This document shows positions 50,528-57,327 of a DNA stretch of 64,000 nucleotides, piece by piece. The notes beneath the pieces are model-generated. The model worked only from the letters and a program-made list of their open reading frames with translations. It was not told where the DNA came from and did not search any database. The position numbers and the translations under genes are program-made. The DNA comes from a virus: the IMG/VR virus record IMGVR_UViG_3300025892_000012, positions 29,493 to 93,492 of that record; one strand, 5' to 3'. Numbering within the stretch: position 1 is the first letter of the stretch; every line of letters starts with the position of its first letter.

Positions 50528-51643
50528 ATGTCATACATCGGTAACTCACCAGTTTTACAAATATCTGAAAGCAAAGAAGACCAGATTGTAACTGCAACAA
50601 CGCAATCTGTCTTCAACACCAACGGATATCTTGTCGGATACATCACAGTTTACCGCAATGGTGTACGTTTATCTGCAGATGATTTCGTAGCTACCGATGG
50701 TGCAACAGTCACACTCAATGCAGCCGCCAACAAAGATGATCTAATCAGTTTTGAATATCGCACCGAAATCACACAAGGTGTGAAGATTAGTGAAATCAAA
50801 CAAGAGATTCTAGTCACCAACACCGCAGTTACTGCATACACTCTATCCTCTGACCCGCTACCAGAATACACAAACGTCTACTACAATGGTTTGTTGTTGT
50901 CTCAAGAGGACTATTCATTCAATGGTAGAGTGATGACCATGTTGTTTAGTTTGAATCTAAATGACGTAATCACGGTCATCATGAAGAAAGGTGTTGATGT
51001 TTCAGAGTACTCAGTTGCATCAGAAGCAAGAGAAGAATTCACAGTTACAGCAAACACACAAACAGATTTCATCACATTCAACGAAATCACGGATGGTCTG
51101 ACAGATGTGTTTGTCAATGGAATCAAGCTTTCCATAGATGATTTCACGGTGACAGGAAGCACAAAGACAATCACATTGACAGATGCTGCGGTGAGTGGTG
51201 ATTTGGTTGCTGTGATTAGCAAGAACAACTACATCACTGGTCCACAAATCACAGAGGCAAGACAAGAATTCACAGTGACTGCAGCACTTGAAACATCGTT
51301 CACAACAAGCGGACGTATTGTTCCAAGTCATACAGATGTCTATCTAAATGGTATACGTTTGAACACTGCGGACTATTCAATCTCTGGTCAGACAGTGACA
51401 TTGACAGATGCACCTAATGAAAATGACATCGTGGTTGTCTACAGTAGAACAAGCCTGACAGATGCTACAAAGATTGGAGCAACTGGTGGAGGAAATGATA
51501 GAGTGTTCTGGCAAAACGATACGACACTCACAACATCCTATTCTATTCCATTGAATACTAATGCGTTGTCTGCTGGACCAATCACAGTAGCAAATGGTGT
51601 AGTTATAACAGTGCCTGATGGCTCAACTTGGACGGTGGTATAA
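50528..51643 (+). CDS. Four-repeat scaffold with YIG N-terminus and socket C-terminus
   Basis: MSYIGNSP; 4x V(Y/F).NG(V/L/I).L...D(F/Y)..G..(V/M/I)T..D.(I/V); ends NALSAGPITVANGVVITVPDGSTWTVV. Confidence 0.8.
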   Translation: MSYIGNSPVLQISESKEDQIVTATTQSVFNTNGYLVGYITVYRNGVRLSADDFVATDGATVTLNAAANKDDLISFEYRTEITQGVKISEIKQEILVTNTAVTAYTLSSDPLPEYTNVYYNGLLLSQEDYSFNGRVMTMLFSLNLNDVITVIMKKGVDVSEYSVASEAREEFTVTANTQTDFITFNEITDGLTDVFVNGIKLSIDDFTVTGSTKTITLTDAAVSGDLVAVISKNNYITGPQITEARQEFTVTAALETSFTTSGRIVPSHTDVYLNGIRLNTADYSISGQTVTLTDAPNENDIVVVYSRTSLTDATKIGATGGGNDRVFWQNDTTLTTSYSIPLNTNALSAGPITVANGVVITVPDGSTWTVV

Positions 51644-52243
51644 ATGGCAACGAGTATAATAAAGACTGATGAGATTAGAAGACTAAACGATACAGTGTTG
51701 ATGAGTGATGGTGTGTTGAGTGGGAATGTTACGTTTCCTGCTGGGCATATTATTCAAACATTTCATAGAACATATCAAATTGAAAACTCTGTCAATTATA
51801 ATGGCACAACAGCAATAACTGTTAAAAGTGATGGGACTATAAGTGGTTCTAGTACAGAAGAGTTTTATGTTGATGCATCAAATATTACATCTGGGAACAA
51901 GATATTTTTGATGTTTACTTTTTCTTATAGCATATATGGTTCTGGGGTGGATGCAATTTTTGGATCATTTGGTATTTGTCGAGATTCATTGACTGTTGAT
52001 AGCAATGGAGATCCCACTAATGATTTAGTAATTAATCAAACTGCGAATGATATACTTGGGGTTAACCAACAGGCAGGAACTAACATTCAGCATCAAGGTA
52101 TGTTAACTTTAACAGCATTTGATACTCCTACAGGTGCTAGTCATAGATATAAACTTACTTATCAAACAGCTAGTTCAAATTATTATTTTAAAGTACGACC
52201 TCAAGCTATAAATAACTTTTTCGCTTTTGAGGTACAACAATGA
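51644..52243 (+). CDS. Receptor-binding tip, TFPAGH family
   Basis: MATSIIKTDEIRRLN...VTFPAGHIIQ...FFAFEVQQ. Confidence 0.75.
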   Translation: MATSIIKTDEIRRLNDTVLMSDGVLSGNVTFPAGHIIQTFHRTYQIENSVNYNGTTAITVKSDGTISGSSTEEFYVDASNITSGNKIFLMFTFSYSIYGSGVDAIFGSFGICRDSLTVDSNGDPTNDLVINQTANDILGVNQQAGTNIQHQGMLTLTAFDTPTGASHRYKLTYQTASSNYYFKVRPQAINNFFAFEVQQ

Positions 52244-52587
52244 ATTTTTTAATTGAAGCAATTAATTTTTTTACACCCAATGCTGTTGTTTCTCTTAGTG
52301 AAACTAAAATAGTTGAATGGCATGATTCTCGGCCTCAACCAACCGAAGCAGAAATCCAAGCAAAGATTGCAGAATTAGAAGCAGCCGAACCACTACGCCT
52401 ATTAAGAATAGAACGCAACCGATTGCTACAAGAAACAGATTGGCGTTTTCGTTCAGACCTAACACCAAGTCAAGCATGGTATGAGTATTGCCAAGCACTC
52501 AGAGACTTGCCTGTAAATAGTGAACCACAACTAGATGAGTTTGGAAATTTAACTAACGTAAATTGGCCTACACCACCGGAGAATTGA
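52240..52587 (+). CDS. Tail assembly chaperone
   Basis: AEPLRLLRIERNRLLQETDW...YCQALRDLP...WPTPP. Confidence 0.85.
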   Translation: MNFLIEAINFFTPNAVVSLSETKIVEWHDSRPQPTEAEIQAKIAELEAAEPLRLLRIERNRLLQETDWRFRSDLTPSQAWYEYCQALRDLPVNSEPQLDEFGNLTNVNWPTPPEN

Positions 52588-52590
52588 TAG

Positions 52591-53184
52591 ATGCCAAGTG
52601 CTTTAAGAATAAAAGAACTAAGAGATTTGAATGATAATGTAATCATGAGTGATGGTGCGTTAGGCGCAAATGTCACGTTTCCTGCTGGGCATGTGATTCA
52701 GACAAAGGTGATTAAAGATTCTACTGCTAGAGGTGGATTTGGCAGTCAAGGAGACACATACACTGGAGTTAGTATTACATTTGATAACAATTTGTCTAGT
52801 ACAAACTCAGTTGTCTTAATTGAAGCAAGTCTGCAAATTGATATACAAAATGACACTGGATATGGCTTTACTTGGGGGGCATCATCTACAACATTATCGG
52901 GTAATAAAATAGGAGTTGAGGGTAGTACAATTACAAATTTTTCTAGAGGCGCTCCACCTTATATTAACGGATCTCGGCACGGAGATCATGTAAGTTTTAT
53001 AACCTGTGATTCAAACATTATTTCTGTTACACCGAAAACTTATTATTTGTGGGTTATAAATTCTTACTCTACAAATATTTATATAAATACTCATTTAAAT
53101 GTAAATCAAGGACAACAATTTGCCACTAACTTTTGGACTGGATCTTCAACAGCAGTTTATAAATTAACAGAGATTGCAGGATGA
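52591..53184 (+). CDS. Receptor-binding tip, TFPAGH family
   Basis: MPSALRIKELRDLN...VTFPAGHVIQ...KLTEIAG. Confidence 0.75.
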   Translation: MPSALRIKELRDLNDNVIMSDGALGANVTFPAGHVIQTKVIKDSTARGGFGSQGDTYTGVSITFDNNLSSTNSVVLIEASLQIDIQNDTGYGFTWGASSTTLSGNKIGVEGSTITNFSRGAPPYINGSRHGDHVSFITCDSNIISVTPKTYYLWVINSYSTNIYINTHLNVNQGQQFATNFWTGSSTAVYKLTEIAG

Positions 53185-53534
53185 ATAAACTAATAGCAAT
53201 TAATGAATTAGGTTGTGGCCCAGTCGCTATTGATTCAGATGGGAATGTTACAGCATTGTACAATCAACAATTACCTACTGAAGAGCAAATCCAAGCAAAA
53301 ATAGCAGAACTAGAAGCAGCAGAACCACTACGCCTATTAAGAATAGAACGCAACCGAATCCTCCAACAATCAGACTGGATGGCAAATTCAGATGTTGTAA
53401 TGACAGATGAATGGAGAGCATACCGACAAGCACTCCGAGACTTACCAGAAACACAAACACCTGCACTAGATGATAATGGCAATCTAATCAATGTAGAATG
53501 GCCAACACCACCAGGAGAAACAAGTGTCAGTTAA
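53181..53534 (+). CDS. Tail assembly chaperone
   Basis: AEPLRLLRIERNRILQQSDW...YRQALRDLP...WPTPP. Confidence 0.85.
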   Translation: MNKLIAINELGCGPVAIDSDGNVTALYNQQLPTEEQIQAKIAELEAAEPLRLLRIERNRILQQSDWMANSDVVMTDEWRAYRQALRDLPETQTPALDDNGNLINVEWPTPPGETSVS

Positions 53535-54105
53535 AATATTTGGTTCTACAGGTATAGAATTTTCAGATAGCAATCAAGAAATCAAAATCAAAGGACCAAC
53601 TCAGACATTCAGTTTGAAAGCAACAACTGATGATGAGTTTACTGTATACAATGCTGCGAACAAGTTATGGGGAATGAGTTCTGCTGGATTGGAAAGTAAG
53701 CCTAATGTACCTGGATTTGTAGCTTTTGCTAGTGGTAATTCTAATTACTTAACAGTAAATGCCGGTGTACCTTTTCCTGGTAACAATGTTAATTATAATC
53801 AGGGCGGTTGTTATGATACAACAACTTATAAATTTACAGCACCAAAACAAGGATTATATTTTTTTGCATTTTCTTCTATAAAAGAAAATACTAGTAGTAG
53901 TAGACCGATGTTTTATGTTAATGATAGTAGTACTTACAATCAATGTCAACATGGTATATGTGGAGGTTCAGGTAATGCTAGTAATTCTACTTCCAGTTTA
54001 ATTTATTTACAATTGGGTGATAGTGTGTATGCTGCTTCACAATCAGGAAGCTTATATTATTATGGAAGCGGTCACAGTACATTTAGTGGATTTCTAATAG
54101 GTTAA
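53524..54105 (+). CDS. Receptor-binding tip, C1q-like domain
   Basis: GTG start after AGGAG; PGFVA...NQGGCYDTTTYKFTAPKQGLYFF...LQLGDSV...FSGFLIG. Confidence 0.75.
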   Translation: MSVKIFGSTGIEFSDSNQEIKIKGPTQTFSLKATTDDEFTVYNAANKLWGMSSAGLESKPNVPGFVAFASGNSNYLTVNAGVPFPGNNVNYNQGGCYDTTTYKFTAPKQGLYFFAFSSIKENTSSSRPMFYVNDSSTYNQCQHGICGGSGNASNSTSSLIYLQLGDSVYAASQSGSLYYYGSGHSTFSGFLIG

Positions 54106-54108
54106 CCC

Positions 54109-54264
54109 ATGACCTATCTCAAGGACAAACTTAAACAAGATTATTCATTGTTCAAAAGTTTGTTCACCAAAGAAGAGTTGTTCAGTTTTCATTTTCTAGT
54201 TATGCTTATTTCTTTATTAACTTTACCAGCGATCTTTGCGATTTTATTTTACTATTACATTTGA
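54109..54264 (+). CDS. 51-aa predicted single-pass membrane protein (below ORF-track cutoff)
   Basis: Hand translation MTYLKDKLKQDYSLFKSLFTKEELFSFHFLVMLISLLTLPAIFAILFYYYI; fills the gap exactly. Confidence 0.5.
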   Translation: MTYLKDKLKQDYSLFKSLFTKEELFSFHFLVMLISLLTLPAIFAILFYYYI

Positions 54265-54270
54265 TAAATA
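54264..54270 (+). promoter_or_regulatory. Probable T4-like late promoter ATAAATA
   Basis: GATAAATATAT opening the gap before 54307. Confidence 0.5.
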
Positions 54271-54306
54271 TATAATAAAATAGTAAAATTCATTTAATAT
54301 AATTAC

Positions 54307-55002
54307 ATGTCAAATAATAGTATACAACATATTAGAGGTACACTTGCCGAACATTCTACTTATACTGGTAGAAAAGGTGAAATCTCTTTAATCACAGATA
54401 CAACAAACGATAGAGTACCAACTGGTGAAATAAGAATTCATGATGGTGTTACTGCAAGTGGTTTACCCATAAAATTAGGTACATCCTCTTCACCATTGAC
54501 AAGTGATATCTATTTGGCTAGTGGTTCAGGAATTAATTTTGATGCGTATGCCACAAGTGGAAATCCTAGTTCAAATCTTCTGAATGATTATGAGGAGGGT
54601 ACTTGGGTTCCAAATATATATGATGCTAATGGTACTATACCATTTAGTGTTCAGTATGCCAATTATGTAAAAACAGGAAAAAATGTATATGTAACATTTT
54701 TTGCTAGTGGAGCTTTTAATTACACTTCTAGTGGTAATGTTAGAGTAGGCGGCCTTCCATTTACATCTGATGGTGGTTCATTCAACGGTGCAAAATTTGC
54801 AGGAAATTTTTATGTAAGAATGCTTGGCTCTGGCATTGTAAATCCTGGTTGTGTTATTTCTGGCGGCTCAGATCTAATTGAGATTTTAGAAATGAATAGT
54901 GGCACTTCTTTTACTGCAAATGTTTCAGCAACTCAAATATTTGTATTTAATAATTCTTCCAATAATTATTTTGGACTTTCGATAGTATATTTAACAAATT
55001 AA
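54307..55002 (+). CDS. Fibre with Mtd-N/hyaluronidase-type N-terminal domain and 'DYEEGTW' tip
   Basis: RGTLAEHSTYTGRKGEI...IRIHDGVT.SGLP; NLLNDYEEGTWVP...YVKTGKNVYV..GLPFT. Confidence 0.7.
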   Translation: MSNNSIQHIRGTLAEHSTYTGRKGEISLITDTTNDRVPTGEIRIHDGVTASGLPIKLGTSSSPLTSDIYLASGSGINFDAYATSGNPSSNLLNDYEEGTWVPNIYDANGTIPFSVQYANYVKTGKNVYVTFFASGAFNYTSSGNVRVGGLPFTSDGGSFNGAKFAGNFYVRMLGSGIVNPGCVISGGSDLIEILEMNSGTSFTANVSATQIFVFNNSSNNYFGLSIVYLTN

Positions 55003-55016
55003 AATATAGGATTTAA

Positions 55017-56492
55017 ATGCCGTACATTGGTTCAGCAGTAAAAAGTATAAACACAAGGTCAGCAGTTGACCATCAACAATTTCTTGGTTCATCTGCAGAT
55101 ACTGTTACAAATCCTGGATACTATACATTCTATGTGAACTATTCACCGGGTAATATATCTGTTTTTGTAGCAGGTAATAATATAAGTCATACAGACTATA
55201 CTGCTAATAATGGTACTGATGTAAGAATTTCTACAAGCACATTAACAATTAATCCAGCGGATAATGTAGAAATCATTGGTTATAATATACCAACAAGTCA
55301 AGTGTTAGAAAGAAGTGATGTGAATATTACTGGTGGAAGTATACGAAATGTTGAAATATCTGATTCTAATTTTCTTGGAACAAACAATGTACAATTTTCT
55401 ACGGGTCTGCCAGTTGTAGATAGTACTGGAAATAATGTTATAAGTGAAAGTGGGGGAGTAGTTACTCTTGCAAATAATGTTGTTCCTAGCAGTAGTTATA
55501 TGTTTCGGAACAAGATTATCAATGGTAATTTTGACATTTGGCAACGTGGGACAAGTCAGACAAGTAGTGGGTATGGAAGTGCAGATAGGTGGAATAACAC
55601 TCATTCTGGGCCATCATCTAAAACAGCATCACAAGGAGTATTTGCTTTAGGTCAAACTGATGTTCCAGACAATCCTAAATATTATTTAAGGACTGTATTT
55701 ACAAGTTCAGGTGGGAATGGTGATATTTGTCTAACCCTACAAAATATAGAAGATGTTAAAACATTAGCAGGGCAAACAGCAAAATTGAGCTTTTGGGCCA
55801 GAACAACAGGTTCCAATAAAAACATTGCAACTGAAATTATTCAATATTTCGGAACTGGTGGTTCTCCATCACCTTCCGTTCTTTCAATTGGGACAACAAC
55901 TCACACACTAACAAGTTCGTGGCAGAAATTTACAACTACTGTTTCTATTCCGTCTATTAGTGGAAAGACCATTGGCACAGATGCTAATGATTACTTAGGT
56001 TTAAATTTTTGGTTTGAAGCAGGTGCTAACATAAATTCTTCTAGAACTAATTCATTAGGCAACCAATCTGGAACCTTTGACATTGCCCAAGTCCAGCTTG
56101 AAGAAGGCACAGTTGCGACACCGTTCGAGCATCGGCCTTATGGGTTAGAGTTAAGTTTGTGTCAACGCTACGCACATTTTATAAGACCAGCATCACAATA
56201 TGCTGCAATTGGTGTTGGAAGAGCGTGGAGTTCTACACAGGGAAATGCTCATGTGTATCTTCCAGTCAGTATGCGAGGTGCTATAGCAATAGAATATTCA
56301 AATCTTAGCCATTTTGATTTACCCCCTGCAGGAGAAGGTGTTAATGGACTACACAATGACGGGTCAACTAAACAAACTGTGAAAGTTGGATGGGTAAGAA
56401 ATTCAAATGTCACAAGTGGTACTTACTATCAATTAGAGTTTGAAGATTCAAATTGGCAAAATGCTTATCTAGGTTTTACTTCGGAGTTGTAA
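55017..56492 (+). CDS. Fused fibre: YIG N-domain plus FRNKIING module plus unique tip
   Basis: N-domain paralogous to 26839; middle closely similar to 48047; ends FTSEL. Confidence 0.8.
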   Translation: MPYIGSAVKSINTRSAVDHQQFLGSSADTVTNPGYYTFYVNYSPGNISVFVAGNNISHTDYTANNGTDVRISTSTLTINPADNVEIIGYNIPTSQVLERSDVNITGGSIRNVEISDSNFLGTNNVQFSTGLPVVDSTGNNVISESGGVVTLANNVVPSSSYMFRNKIINGNFDIWQRGTSQTSSGYGSADRWNNTHSGPSSKTASQGVFALGQTDVPDNPKYYLRTVFTSSGGNGDICLTLQNIEDVKTLAGQTAKLSFWARTTGSNKNIATEIIQYFGTGGSPSPSVLSIGTTTHTLTSSWQKFTTTVSIPSISGKTIGTDANDYLGLNFWFEAGANINSSRTNSLGNQSGTFDIAQVQLEEGTVATPFEHRPYGLELSLCQRYAHFIRPASQYAAIGVGRAWSSTQGNAHVYLPVSMRGAIAIEYSNLSHFDLPPAGEGVNGLHNDGSTKQTVKVGWVRNSNVTSGTYYQLEFEDSNWQNAYLGFTSEL

Positions 56493-56672
56493 ATGCAATA
56501 TAAATTAATCAATGGACCAAATAATAAACCTATTAGTATTATGATAGTAGGTGGTAATGTAAGTTTTCCTTTATCTGAGGATTGTAATTATTACCAAGAA
56601 TACTTGGCATGGCTAGCAGAAGGCAATGAACCAGAACCGGCAGATGAACCAATACAACAACATGAGGAATGA
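56493..56672 (+). CDS. Small chaperone-like partner, 59 aa (missed by ORF track)
   Basis: MQYKLINGPNNKPISIMIVGGNVSFPLSEDCNYYQEYLAWLAEGNEPEPADEPIQQHEE. Confidence 0.8.
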   Translation: MQYKLINGPNNKPISIMIVGGNVSFPLSEDCNYYQEYLAWLAEGNEPEPADEPIQQHEE

Positions 56673-56675
56673 TTA

Positions 56676-57320
56676 ATGCCATTCATAGGAAATCAACCCA
56701 CACAAGAAAAAATACAAGACCATCGTTCATACACTGGTGATGGTGTTAGAACGGCATTTGGTGTTCAGTATGAAGGTGGTGCAGTACTTGTATTTCAAAA
56801 TGGTATAAAATTAAAAGAAACCGAAGATTATTTATTAAATGATATAGGCACATTTGTTACTTTTGTAGATGCGCCATTAGCAAATGATGTCATAGACCTA
56901 TATGGAACAAGTGAAATCACAGACCTATCACGTTCAACATATGCCAAAGAAACTTTCACTGCAGCAAAATATCAAACTAACTTTCAAGTACATAATCCAA
57001 TATCACCAACAGAACGTATCAATGTTTATGTAAATGGTTTAAGATTATCTGAAGTAGATTTTACAATTGATTATGTAAATAAAACTATTATTGTTCCGGA
57101 GAGAGACACAGATGATATTGTAATGGTTGAAGTGATCTCACCAGGCTTTAGAAGTTCTATGCATAATGCCAAAAATGAAAAGGCATATCATCCAATGTTC
57201 TCCACACCGGATGAGATAAATAGTGATATAGTAATACCAGAAGGAGAGAACGCAATGCTAGTTGGTCCCGTTACTCTGAATGGTGTAATCACTCTCAATG
57301 GAACACTCACCGTAGTATAA
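56676..57320 (+). CDS. Two-repeat scaffold with FIG N-terminus and socket C-terminus
   Basis: Paralog of the 34079 N-terminus; ends ENAMLVGPVTLNGVITLNGTLTVV. Confidence 0.8.
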   Translation: MPFIGNQPTQEKIQDHRSYTGDGVRTAFGVQYEGGAVLVFQNGIKLKETEDYLLNDIGTFVTFVDAPLANDVIDLYGTSEITDLSRSTYAKETFTAAKYQTNFQVHNPISPTERINVYVNGLRLSEVDFTIDYVNKTIIVPERDTDDIVMVEVISPGFRSSMHNAKNEKAYHPMFSTPDEINSDIVIPEGENAMLVGPVTLNGVITLNGTLTVV

Positions 57321-57327
57321 AAAATAA

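Larger units (their letters stand above)
31907..52688 (+). repeat. Dispersed left anchor ACGTTTCCTGCTGG
   Basis: Exact at 31907, 38217, 39186, 47248, 51731, 52675; with 6-bp duplication at 46223-46242; AGTTTCCTGCTGG variant at 29751. Confidence 0.9.
32530..53332 (+). repeat. Dispersed right anchor CCACTACG (within AACCACTACG-C/T...)
   Basis: At 32530, 38876, 39860, 46899, 47823, 52390, 53325. Longer identities: 38862-38910=52376-52424 (49 bp), 39890-39937=52420-52467 (48 bp), 46896-46936=47820-47860 (41 bp). Confidence 0.9.

Noticed and set aside
31907-53332. CRISPR array or integron attC sites
   Set aside because: Repeats lie inside ORFs, are hundreds to thousands of bp apart, and show no convincing palindrome or R/L boxes; no cas or integrase gene.
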